Positions 38,722 through 50,996 of a stretch of 64,000 bases of DNA are shown one piece after another. Under the pieces are notes generated by a model. The model did not search any database and was not told where the DNA came from. It saw only the letters and a program-made list of their open reading frames with translations. The position numbers and the translations under genes were made by a program. Source of the DNA: Camelus dromedarius (taxonomy: Eukaryota); assembly GCF_036321535.1 (NCBI RefSeq), contig NC_087436.1:21888001-21952000 (forward strand), in the 5' to 3' direction. Numbering within the stretch: the first letter of the stretch is position 1; each line of letters opens with the position of its first letter.

Positions 38722-38762
38722 TTTCTTCTTCTTCTTCGTCTCCTTCTCCTTTCTTCCTCTTT

Positions 38763-38795
<33 letters not shown>

Positions 38796-38846
38796 TTCTT
38801 CTTCTTCTTCTTTCTTCTTTCTTCTTTCTTCTTTCTTCTTCTTCTC
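38722..38846. repeat. (CTT)n-rich polypyrimidine/polypurine tract
   Basis: About 125 bp of nearly pure C/T sequence abutting an L1 3' end. Confidence 0.95.
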
Positions 38847-39052
38847 TTAAATTGAAGTATATAGTTGATTTACAATGTTGTGCTGGTTTCTAGTGTACAA
38901 CATGGTTATTCAGTTATACGTATATCTCTATATATGTATGTGTGTGTTTTTTTGTATTCTTTTTCATTGTAGGTTATTACAAGGTGTTGAATATAGTTCC
39001 CTGTGCTATACAGTAGGTCCTTGTTGTTTATATATTTTATCTATAGTAGTTT
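38846..39052 (-). mobile_element. Cetartiodactyl-type L1 3' end
   Basis: aattgaagtatatagttgatttacaatgttgtgc...atatagttccctgtgctatacagtaggtccttgttg. Confidence 0.88.
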
Positions 39053-39954
39053 CTCTCTGCCATTTCTTCTTAATAAATCAGGAGGAGCTGCATAGCAAAT
39101 CAAACTGCTCACTTTTGTTGCACTACCGTCCTGTTCACTCTCATTTATGTGTAGATTCTCCCAAGAAGAGTCTAGAGATCTGCGTGGGTACAGAAGTAGG
39201 TAGTGGATTGCCTGATATGCAGGAAGTCCCTGCTCAGAATTTTGTCTTTGCTTAAATGACATGAAAGTCTTTGACATTCATCTGGAAGCAAGAAAAACAG
39301 GTTAACCCCGCTCTGAGTAGACAGATGAACTAAACTCTGCCTCAGTGTTTCTCTGTCTCTGAGTTGTTAACTTAACTCAAGGGAAAACATCTGACAGCAG
39401 ACAAAAGATGTGATTCTAGGTGCTCAGGGATCTCTGTTCAATCATCAACTGACTCATGACGTTCCAGTGTTTGGCATTGCTAAACAAATTGTGCATAAAT
39501 GTAGCCATTTGTACAACCTCTCAAGACACTATGTACTCCTTTTGATAATGCATGAAAATTGATGTTCTTTCAGTATTTTAATATGAACATAAGACCAGAA
39601 AATACTAGAGCATGAACCCTGACTTCTCCAGGGAATACATTTAACGAACAACTGGTATTGTTTTCAGTAACAAGTAAATTGTGCTGTACCTGTGAAAAAG
39701 AGTACAGAGAATTCTGGACTTACTTTTAAATAATTATAGGAATATATACAGTTTTCCTCTCTCAGGTTGAAAAGTTTAAAAAGAAATTTAAGAGAGCAAC
39801 TACAGTAAGAAATTTTAATGAATTAAAATCTGATGACATTCCACAATCTTTGCATCCTTGGGCCTCGCATTCTGTGATGTCCATATATAAATATAAATAT
39901 AATTGTAGTATAAAATTTGAAATTATTTTCGATGACTTGAGTTTACAAATGTTT

Positions 39955-40340
39955 GTCACTCAGAATGGGCTAGTTTATACTAGAGAAATGAACAACTTCA
40001 ACTTTTAAAGGCTTAGAAGAGCAAAGGCACGCTTCTCACTCAAGATCCCTGTCCACAGTGGGTTGGCTGGGGTTCTAATCCATATCTTTACAGTTAGAGG
40101 CCCAGAATGAAGGAGTTTTTCCCATCTGCTGCAAAACCAGTGCAGCAGCAGCGGGTAAAAAACATTGCAGATTGCGCACTTGCTGTTAGAGCTTCCACCG
40201 CAAAGTGACACCCATAACTTCTGACATTTTATTGGCCAAAGTGAGTTCATGGCCATGTCATCCTAATAAAAGCGATCCCACTGTGTAAACAGAAAGGAAA
40301 ATATAAAAATATTTGATGACTGGCACTGATGATCACTAGC
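39955..40340 (-). mobile_element. MLT1-family MaLR LTR
   Basis: aaggcacgcttctcactca...aacttctgacattttattggccaaagtgagttcatggccatg. Confidence 0.65.
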
Positions 40341-41524
40341 TCTGGTTCTAACTGTGGTTCAAAGACGCAGATGTGGGGTTTAGACATTCATGAGTTGTCT
40401 TCACAGCTTTTAAAGGTGGATCATATTTCTGCCACTTCTTAAGAACACAAGATTTCATCTGTTCAAGCATTATGCTAATGAGGTCAAGGTGAAAATTTTA
40501 TTACATTTTTAGCCCTGTTTCACCTCGCTTTGTTCCTGAAAACTAAACTGATCTTCTAAGTCTAGTATCTTAAAAAGTGTAGCATAGGAGTTGGTGTGAG
40601 TGATTGAGAATGGGTTTACTTCTTAAAAACGTCAGAAACAACTCTTATTATGTTCATATGGAGTTGTTGGATCAACTTGGCTTAGAAATCTCGACATTAT
40701 TATTTGATTTTTTTCAGAAATATTTTGGTACATTTTAGAATCCAAAGCAACCTTGGTTTCTATTTGTTAAAAATCAAAACAAATGGTTGAAAGCGTATTG
40801 TTTTGAGTCTGTAACCCAGGCAGAGATCAGACCAAACGCATCTTTACAATTCTCCTAGAGGGATGCATCAGTGTGTCCTACGCTGATTTGAGAGCAAACT
40901 GTCTTTTGAACAGAACCTTATGATTGCCCTAGAGCAGTGAGAACATTTGTCTTGTATGTATAATCATCCAGTCGAAACTGAGCTCATTCAAATCATGAGA
41001 CTGGTGAGATATTTACAATATACGTGTTGAACATTGACCTCCAGAGATAAAAGGGTGAACAGCACAATCACTTTTTAGACCTGTAATTTTGGACGCTGTA
41101 GCACCAAAACGATTTTCTGATTCACTTCCTTCTTGAGGCTGTGTTTTTGACATGTGTTTCACTTGCTTTCTAAGCCCATTAATGAATCTCTTTCTTAGCA
41201 CTGCTATTAAAATAACCCCTAACATTACCAGTAGAGTTTACAGCTGCTAATGTGCAGCAAAAGAAAATCGTAAGGTATTCGGAAAGCCCATGAGGCAGCA
41301 GGTCAACTGATGAATGGCCTTTGAGTCAAACTGAAAGATCTGAATTTCCCAAGCCTCTTTTCTTCCAAATATCCATTTCATAGTCACAGCTGATTATTTA
41401 AATTTTTAGATGTCTAAATATATCTTTCACTTTCCCTCAAGTATTTTGATATGTTCCATTTTTACTCTCTGTCTTCTAACTTTTATCAAATGTTTCTTTT
41501 GTTTTGTGAATAATTTATATATAC

Positions 41525-42425
41525 AGTAGTTACTCACCAAATAGTGACTGAGTGCCTATCTTACTCTATAGCCATCTGGTGAGCTTTAAGTGATTTTGGT
41601 CCCTCCCTGTTGAAGCTCACCATCTGGTAAAGGAGATGGCCATTAATGAAATAATCATACAGATTAGTTTTAAGTCACTACCATCATAAGTGCTATGAGC
41701 TCAAAGAACATGGGATGAATAGAGCATAAAACAGGGAGATTTGACCTCGATGGGGTGGAGAAGGGTGATCAGGGAAACATTCCCTGAAAAGTAAAGCAGG
41801 ATGGCGAGAGGCCTGAAAGATAAACATGAACCAGGAGAGGACGAGGGTAAAGATTGTCCTGGGGGTGGGGTGGGGCAGGCTGTGCAAAGACCTTGGAATG
41901 ACTGGGATGGAAAGAGCAGAGCCAAGAGCAGTGAGAGTGAGGGGGTCCTTCAGCTGAAGAGATGGAGAGGCCAGTTGCAGGCATCTACAGGTCCTCAGTG
42001 GTTTTTCATTATCTTATGAACATTTGGAAGTCTTTGAAAGTTTTTTTTTTTTTTTTAATGGAGGTACTGGGGATTGAGCCCAGGACCTCCCTCATGCTAA
42101 GCATGTGCTCTATCACTGCGCTATACCCACCCACCTTTAAAAGTTTTTAGGCTGAGGGAATGTAATATGTGATGTGAGTTTTGGAGAGGATCATTCTGAT
42201 GGCTCTGCAGAGAAGGATCAGAGCTGCGCAGGACTGATGCAGAGACCAGGTGGGAGGAGATTGTTACTCCCAAACTACAGATGACTGTAGTTGGGACCAG
42301 GATGCTGATGGTGGCAATAGGGACAGTGGGTATGTCTAAGAATAATCAGAACATAAAATTAACATGGTGATCAACTGAAAAGGGAAATTGGATAAGTCTA
42401 ACACAATTTTCTGATGTCTGTTCTC
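41525..42425 (-). mobile_element. L2 3' region interrupted by a SINE
   Basis: ctgagtgcctatc...gtccctccctgttgaagctcaccatctgg...gatcagggaaacattccctgaaaagt...gagaggatcattctgatggc. Confidence 0.8.
42046..42134 (-). mobile_element. Camelid tRNA-derived SINE (short form) with TSD
   Basis: ggaggtactggggattgagcccaggacctccctcatgctaagcatgtgctctatcactgcgctataccc; TSD ctttgaaagttttt (42032-42045) and ctttaaaagttttt (42135-42148). Confidence 0.92.
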
Positions 42426-43033
42426 AGTGCCACTTGGTTCAGGATTTCATGTCTGACTGTTGAAACAAAAGTAAATTAAAACAAAAATATTACTCATTTA
42501 AAAATGTTCTCATACACTAAAAATAGATGAATAGTGTATATGCTTAGGGATTCTGTTCAGCTTAATCAATGCTTTATTATCAGTAGTTTGAAGAGAAATT
42601 GAAGAACTGGGCTTGGTGGATGGCAGTAGCAAATTCTGGCTCCTCTGTGGAGAAACAGACCACCTGTGACTAGTGTCTTGGTTTATTTGGTAGAGTCTTT
42701 ACCCTTTGCCTGTGGCTGTGAAATTGACAGCAAATGTGACCTTCACACAAGCTTGTTAAAAAAAATCTGCTCTGAAGGAGTTTTATTTAGAGAAGGACAG
42801 GGCCATTTTACTGAAACGTGGATTAGATAATCATAAATCAAGTTGTAACAGTGTTGGAAGCTACATCATCCATTTGGACTCATAAAAGAGAAATTCCTTC
42901 TCACAGACCACACAAATGTGCATGAGCAGTCTCTCAACCAACACCAATGGACTTGTAGTGTGAATAAGAAATATATCATTTTGTTCAGGCTGCTGAGATC
43001 CTGACGTTATTGTGAAAACAGCAAAATCTAGCC

Positions 43034-45012
43034 CAGTGGTTCCCAAACGTTTAGATCTTAGGATCCTTTAGCACTCTTAAAAAGTATTGAGGAACTCAAA
43101 GAACTTCTGTTTACGTGGATTATATATCTACCAATATTTATCACACTCAGAATTAAAAGAGGTATTCTTAAATAATTCATTAAAAAGTAACAGTAATAAA
43201 CCAATTTCATATCCACATGAAAATATTTTAATGAAAAAATGATGTATTCCAAATAAAAATAGTTTCATGAGAAGAGATATGCTTTTATACATATTTGTAA
43301 ATATTTTCAGTGTCTAGCTTAATACAAGTTGGCTAGATTCTAGTATCTACTTCCACAGCACTCGGACCGTTGCCATTTCTTGTTGTGGTTGAAGTATATG
43401 GAAAAGATCCAGCTTCAGAGTTGCATATTTGAAAATGAAGAAGTAGTTTAATACCCTTTCCAGCTAATTGTGGATTTTTTTTTTTGACACCACACTGGAA
43501 CTCTCTAAGTAATCTTAAAGGTTTCCTAAAGTTTAATTGCAAAATGTAACTGAAATCATATTAATGAACTTTTCATACTGTTGCATGCAATTGGTTGGTC
43601 TTTCTTGTGCTTTAAATGGATACACCCATGATTCTGTAAAAGCACCCATTGGTCATTTGAAAAACATTGGCTCACTGAGTTTCACAGCTCTTTCAGATGT
43701 TAGCACATTTCGTTATACATCTGAAACATTCTTTAATATTGCTGCCAAAATCTTTAGAAAAGTTTTTATATATTGAGGAACTGGTAAGACATTTTGCCAG
43801 ATACAAGTTTTCCAAAATTCTAGCATTCACTTAAATATTCAAGTTCTATGGAGTGCTGACAATCAACATTGTTTTCCTTGAAGTGACAAAACTGATATTG
43901 TTCATTATCAAGAAATACACAATTCAGCAAATATCTGAAAAGTACCCAAGCCTGAATAACTAAAGTTCGTTTGTTAATTTTTCTTCCAAGTAAAAATGGT
44001 TTGTAATGAAAAACAGCAGCTAGTTCACCTTGCAACACAGAGTCACACAAGTGCTTTTTCCCAGGGACGGCCATTGTGGACGGCAGCTTCTGACTTGGCT
44101 CTTGATGGTCTCAGCCCCTTGAGACTCATGATCTCATGTAATTCCCTTCCCTCAGTGTGGTATGGGCTTAGTGACTTGCTTATAACAAGTAGAATATGGC
44201 AAAAGTTAAAAGGTGTCACTTCTGAGATTGGGCCATAAAAGACTGATTTCCATCTTGCTGGACTTCTCTCCATAGCTCTTCTCGAATGCTTGCCCTGATG
44301 GAGAGGGCGACCTGGCAAGGAAGGGACTGTGGCCTCTAGCCAATAACCAGGAAAGAGCTGAAGTCCTCAGTCCAAAATCCCTCAAGCAACTAAATCCTGC
44401 CAACAACCACAAGTGAGGTTTGAAGTAGATCCCTCCCCAGTAAGACCTTGAGGTGCCTGTGGCCCAAGTTGGTATTTTTACTGCAGCCTTATAAGAAACC
44501 TGAGCCAGAGGACCCAGGGAAGCAGTGCTTGAGTTCCTGACCCAGAAACTGAGATAACAAGTGTATGTCATTTTACGTTGCTAAATCTTGGGGTCATTTG
44601 TTACACAGCAGTATATAACTAATACAACTATCTATTTCATTATGTAGGAGAAGTGCTTTATATATATCTTGAATTTTCATTACACAGAATATTAAGATGT
44701 GTACTAAAATTACAGTTTGTTTACTGCTTCATCAATGATATTCTTAAGTAAAACTGGCATTTGAGTGCACAGTGGTGGATGAAATATACAAAATCTACTA
44801 GTACAGCATGTTTCTACTGCCTTGATTGTTCCAAGCACCAGTAATTTTACTCACTGTTGTATTTCTACCATCAGTGCAAATGCCAAAACAATGAAAAAGG
44901 CAAATAATGAAAAAGATAAATAATCCAGTGAGAATTGCTTGGATGCCACAAATCTCCCTGAAGCCTCCCTGGGACTTCTAAGGATCTGAAGATTACACTT
45001 TCAGAACTACTG
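43034..45012. mobile_element. Charlie1a/b-like hAT DNA transposon (both ends present) carrying a nested MLT1 LTR
   Basis: Terminus cagtggttcccaaac...gcactcttaaaaagtattgaggaactcaaagaac; other terminus actttcagaactactg; 8 bp flanks atctagcc and atatagac fit the Charlie NTCTAGAN target. Confidence 0.85.
44075..44626 (+). mobile_element. MLT1F-like MaLR solo LTR nested in Charlie1
   Basis: TG...CA termini (tgtggacggcagc...gttacacagcagtatataactaataca); agtagaatatggcaaaagt...gtgtcacttctgagatt; 5 bp flanks gccat and actat. Confidence 0.85.
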
Positions 45013-47042
45013 ATATAGACTATCCCAATTATTACATCAGATGAGTTGTTACTTTGCTATCCTTAGTCTGTATGTTGCAGCATAGTAAAATAACCTGAAA
45101 GGAAGGCAGTGCACACTTCTCTTTATTTAAATAGGAGAAGTGATTTTTGTAAAGTTTTGAAACCCTTTCTATGGAGTCTGTGCAGATGCTTGTCTCTGCC
45201 CATCAATTCAGAACTGCTGACAGATCTCCACACTTCCACGTCTGCTCTCCTAGTCCTAGATTATACGTGACAAGAAAACAGTTTTGACTCTCACTGTTAC
45301 TTGCTGTTGCTGAGATTGGTGTCTTATTTCTTAGCTATTGAGAAAGGCTTTGTTCATATGATTTTATGTGTGCATTTGTGGGTGTGTATGTGTATGTCTT
45401 TGTTTTTGCTTTTGTATGAATACAAGTTTGAGGAGATTTCCAAGTATTTCCAAGTACATATTTCAATAGTGTCCTATTATTACTAACATCGGTGCTGTAA
45501 TGAATAATAATACTTCCTTATGATAGGGAATCTAGGAAACATATATGTATAAATGAGAAGATTACATATAATCTTTCCAACAAGATAAAATCATTGCTAG
45601 CAGTTTTCTGTGTTTTCTTTCTTTTCATGCACTTGAAATTAGTATGGATAATATTTGAAATTTTCCTTAACAATATTAATGGGCAATTTTAATCCTATAA
45701 CTTACTTTCAAAATTCTAGTTGTGGTTGTAGATAAATTAAGCACCCAAGTAATTGATTTTATTATGAAGAAAGGCACAAGACAAAGGCAGCAGTATTCAA
45801 CTGTCCAAAATACTGAAAAAAAGAAAAAGCTTTTCAGCGTAAGTTAATTTTGTTCCTATTGTCAAATATGTTATATAGAATGATAATAAAAGATATATTT
45901 TATTGGTCTGCTTTTACACACTATCCTATATGTTTTAATTTCACATGTATGTGTGCATGCAATCTATAAATTATAAAGCAAAAGGAAAAACACATGAAGA
46001 AACACACAGACATTTTCTTGTATGTATAAGTAATAGGAGCGACATGTTTCAAGTCCCTGAAGATTGATTTCATTTTACCACACATGGGTTTCCTGAAGTT
46101 ACAAGGCAGTCAGCACTGGTTTAAAATGCAGGTGATATTCCCATACACATTCTGCTCCAGAGAATGCCACAGTAGATTTACTTACCACAGACATCTACAC
46201 AATCGATCCTCGTCTCCGGGACTGAGCTGATGCTTTGCTGCTGGAAGTGACACATTATGGCCAAAATTAATACACTGGTCAGGTCTCTAATAGGCTATTG
46301 TAATGAGATTTCTCCTTATTTATTACCTTTATATCTACCAAAGAATCAATAAAACTCCCTAAAAAAAACATAATGGAGAAATTTGAAAATTAGTCGATGT
46401 TTCCTGTGGCTAGCTACTGCTCACCTCTTTTTTCATACTTACACCTATTAGATTCAAGATGAAATTAGTTTTTAAAATAAAAGTACTCTTAAATAGTACT
46501 CATACAGCATGTTCTTTGCAGACGTCTGTTTTTTGGGGGGAAGAGAAGGGTCACTGGATATACATCTATTGATAACTGTTTTATATTTAATGGCCAGGGA
46601 TTCCTACTATGAAAAGCGGGGTTCTAGGCTATTACTACCCTCATTTATTATATATAAGCCCTGTAAATGTACATGGTGTTTAACGTTAGATGAAATTGTG
46701 CCAGACAAATTGCTTTTCCCGAGGGGCCTCCAGACTGAAAGCTGGAGAAGAACAGTGCAGGAGGGAGGTTGTGGGAAGGATGGGGAGTAATTAAGGTTGC
46801 AGACTTGGCACTGCTTTGCCGAGTAGGCGGACTGCAAGGAGAACTTGAAAGCTGAGAAATGATTCTGAGATTGGGAAGCCATGCAGTAAAATCAAACCAA
46901 TAGCTGGAAGCCAGCAAAGGCAGCAGAAAAAGGAGAATTTCAGCCCTTGAAGTGAGAATCTAGATCGTCAGCTCTGGCATTTCCCTGTACACCATGTTCA
47001 CCTGGTTTCTCTGCATCACCTCTTACTCATCATGCTCTGAAA

Positions 47043-47236
47043 CAATGGGTCTCAGACTTGTGCGAGTATCAGCATCACTCGGTGGGGTAGGGTCGGGTGG
47101 GAAGGTGTTGAAATACGGATTACCGGGCCACATGTCAGTCAGATTGTCTGAATCAGTACGTCTGCGGTCTTGAATTTGCATTTCTAACAAATTCTCAAAA
47201 ATTGCTGCTGCTGGAACCAAACTTTGAGAACCTCTG
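47043..47236. mobile_element. MER5A
   Basis: caatgggtctcagacttg...gaatttgcatttctaacaaattctc...actttgagaacctctg. Confidence 0.8.
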
Positions 47237-47464
47237 TCTTAAACTGGTATCTTCAGTTCCTCTTAGGTCTTTTCCTCCAAACTTCAGCTTAGAGTCACCT
47301 CCAATTCTCACCTTCATAGTCTGACAATACCCTAGTTCTGTCTTTCCTTTCCTAGAAATTTCTTTCAAGTTTGTTTATCTTTTCAAACTTATAGCTACTA
47401 ACCTACCAGATACAGCTACTCCTCCTCCTACTATTACAAGCAACAAGAGAACTACAATTACTAC

Positions 47465-47670
47465 TAGTAACTTCTTTGAATACCTGCTATATTCAAGACA
47501 CTGTGTTAACTACTTTCATATATATTATCTCATCAAATAATACAATTAGATAATCTGTGTTATTTCCATTCACAAGTGAAGAAATTCATTTGCAGCAAGG
47601 TTGACGTACAGCATACAGAAAGAGATAAAAATGAAGGTCCGTCTGACACCAAAACCTATGTCTTTATGTC
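47465..47670 (-). mobile_element. MIR
   Basis: gacactgtgttaactactttcatatatattatctcat...tttccattcacaagtgaagaaatt. Confidence 0.55.
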
Positions 47671-47949
47671 CAACCAGTATTTGGCTCCTACCTGAAGGCC
47701 GCTTCCTTCGTGCAGCCCCTCATGTATATTGTCAGGGCCACAGTGAATCCTCTCCCCTCTCTCAACTAATAAGCATCTCCTCTATATTACAGAGACTTAG
47801 TATATGATGAAGTAGCTTTGGAGATCAGTATGGAAGGGATAGATTGATTTCCAAAAATGTCACTGGAACAATTAAATATCTGTATGACACCATGCACAAA
47901 TAAATAGCAGATGGAATATAGTCCTCAATGAGAAAAATACAACTTTGAA

Positions 47950-48995
47950 AAAGTTTGAAGGAAACATAAGAGATCAAAGTACAAACTTTATAAAATTGAT
48001 AAGCATAATTTAGACTTGTCAAAATGCAACAAAAGAAATAACAAACAAAATGAAAGTTAAACCATAAACCAGGGAAACGATTCGTGGTGAATTTGAACAG
48101 TGAAGAATTAGTTTAGGAGTATATAATTGACTCTGTCAGATCTTCCCAATTCACAAAAGAGGAGAGCCAGATGGCCAATATAATTATGAAACTATGTTCA
48201 AAAACAGATTTCAAAAATAAGGGAAATTAGCATTGTATATCAGCACATTATAAGTTCATACACATCAGGTTAATATAATGTCTGCGTGTCTGCAGATGTG
48301 AGTCCCTGGGAATTCCTGCAGTGCGTTGATTGGTGCGTTACTTAGTTCAATTACTTTGGAGAGAAGTTTGAAGTACCTACAAAAGTTAGTAATGTAGGTA
48401 CCTATGACTTACTAATTCCACTTCTAGTTATATACTCTAGGACATCTCTCCCACAGACATACAAGGTTATATGTACAAGAATGTCCACCACAACATTGGT
48501 TACAATAGGAAAACATTAGAAACAAACCACGTCCTTAATAGGTTTTTGGATAATTAATTTTTGTGGTTTGTACAAAGAACACAATTCCATCTGTTTTAAC
48601 ACAGTTAAAACAGACAAGTCAACCTATATGCATTATCACGAATCTGTCCCATAAACATAATGTTGAATAAAATTAGTAAATCACAGTATGTACAAAAATG
48701 GTATTTGTGTAAACTGAACACACAGAAATCCTATGTATTACTTCTGTATACAAACATCTGAATCCAAGTAAATATATGGACAAGAAGAATATACACCAAT
48801 TTCAGCATGATGGTAACCTCCAGGGAAGGAGGGAGGAAAAAGGGATGAAGGTAATCTTAATTGCATGAATAATCTTTTATTATTATTTAGATTTAAAAAT
48901 CTGAACCAGATATAACAATATGCTAATGCTTATTAAATTAATATGGCAAATACGTGTGCTATTTTTTTTCTCTTTATGAAATTTTTGTAATCAAA
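47950..48995 (+). mobile_element. Ancient L1ME-type 3' region
   Basis: cacaaaagaggagagccagatggccaat; cctatgacttactaattccacttctagttatatactctag; tgtacaagaatgtccaccacaacattggttacaatagg; atggtaacctccagggaagg. Confidence 0.7.
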
Positions 48996-49004
48996 AGGAG
49001 AGTA

Positions 49005-49222
49005 TTTTAACAAAGGCTTCTATGGTTAAAGGAATTTTGAATATTCTGGGTTAATTAAAGTACAACCATTTTATTTTCTGCAAAGCTTTTCAGGCACTAA
49101 TGTGCTAATAAACACTGTGAATTACCAACAGGGTAATAATGAAATATTCCTCAAATTATTTGACCATGGATGCCTTTAAAAAAAAACCTATTAACATCTC
49201 ATGGATCTTTTGGGAAATGCTG
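49005..49222. mobile_element. Old hAT-Charlie-like DNA element fragment
   Basis: ttcctcaaattatttgaccatgg...ttttgggaaatgctg terminus-like sequence; subfamily unassigned. Confidence 0.4.
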
Positions 49223-49894
49223 TTATACATCACAGCACTTAATTTTTCCTAACTGTTTCATATATTTAACTTGATTTCTCTGGTTACGTTTTCATCTCCT
49301 TGATGTCATAACCTAAGTCTTAGGCCTTTTAGCTAGGCATGAGATGGACATACAAGTAGTACTTTGATGACTTGTTTGATTTTTCTGAGAAATTATTATT
49401 TAGATCATTATACTCAGTGTAGGTTTTGGCAGGGAGAAATAGTAAAAGTGGCCCTTGCACACAATTTTATATGGGAAGAAAAAGCAAAACTTAAGAACAC
49501 AAGATCCACATAAAGATAGCAGTATTTTTCAAACAAATGGAGTGTATTTATACCAAAACATTGCCAGAACTAATTGCTGAAAATTCTTCGTGTATTCATT
49601 TATCTCATTCAACAGATATTTTAAAATTATCTGAAGAGAAATGATAGCTTAGTATATAAAAAGTAGATACAATCCAGTGCATAAGATTTTTAAGAATTAA
49701 ATCATCAGTGATCTCTCAGGGCAAAATGACCCAGCCCTTTGAATTCATATTAAGCATAAGTCCATTCACAATTTTATTAAGTAATTAAATCATTTGACAA
49801 TTTGTAAATGCTAGGTATGTCTTAAATTACTTGGTTTACAAGGGTATAATTTTGATGCAATAATAAATAAAATTGATTAAGCAAAATTTTGTCA

Positions 49895-50996
49895 ACTAAT
49901 ACTTTAGCCTCTAAAGGAAGAGTCACTGTTCTTTGAAGCTTTGAAGCCAGGCATTGACTTCTCTCTGGCTATGAAAGTACTAGATGGCATCTTCTTCCAA
50001 AAGAAGGCTGTTTGCGTACACTGTAAATCTGTTGTTTCACGGAGCCACCTTCGTTAATTATTTTAGCTTAATCTTCTGGATAAGCTGCTGCAGCTTCCAC
50101 CGCAGCCCTTGCTGCTTCGCCTTGCACTTTTATGTTATGGAGACGGCTTCATTTCTTACACCTCATGAACCAACCTAAGCTAGCTTCAGACCTTCTTCTG
50201 CAGTTCCGTCACCTCTCTCAGGCTTCGTAGAATTGAAGAGTTAGGACCTAGCTGTGCATCACACTTTGGCTCAAGGGAATGTGGTGGCTGGTTTAATTTT
50301 CTATCCAGACCACTAAAACTCCCTTCAGGTCAGCAATAAGGCTGTTTCCCCTTTTTGTCACTTGTGTGTTCACTGGAGGAGCACTTTTAATTTCCTTTGA
50401 GAACTTTCTCTTTGCATTCACAGCTTGGATAAATGTTTGGTGCAAGAGGCTTACCTTTCAGCCTATCTTTACTTTCAACATGCCTTCCTCACAAAGGTTA
50501 ATCATTTTTAGCTTTTGACTTAAAAGTGAAAGGTGTATGACTCTTCCCTTCACATGAACAGATAGAGACTATTGTAGGATTGTTAATTGGTCTAATTTCA
50601 ATATTGTTGTGTCTCAAGGAAAGGGGGTCCTGGGGAGAGAGAAAGAGATGGGGGAGTGACCAGTTGGTGGAGCAGTCAGGCACACACGACATTTACCAAT
50701 TAAATTCACTGTCTTATTGGGTATGGTTGGTGGTGCAGATAACTACAGATAACTACAATAGTAACATCAAAGATCACTGATCACAGATCAGCCTAAGAAT
50801 TATAATAATAATAGAAAAATTTTGAAATATTATGAGAATTCCCAAAATGTGACACAGACACACGAAGGGAGCAAATGCCGTTGTAAAAATGGTGCTGATA
50901 GACTTGCTTGACACAGGGTTGCCCAAGCCTTCAATTTCAAAAAAGCAGTATCTGCAAAGTGTAATAAAACAAAGTGCAGTAAAATGAAGATGCCTG
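49895..50996 (-). mobile_element. Tigger1 (TcMar-Tigger) left portion with decayed transposase N-terminus
   Basis: TIR ...taaaatgaagatgcctg followed by TA at 50997; reverse complement cctgagacacaacaatattgaaattagaccaattaacaatcctacaat precedes the Tigger1 ORF start (ATG reads ATA); right end absent. Confidence 0.92.

Noticed and set aside
49895..50575. Domesticated Tigger transposase (TIGD1-like gene)
   Set aside because: Start codon lost, frameshifts and stops present, and the catalytic C-terminal part is missing
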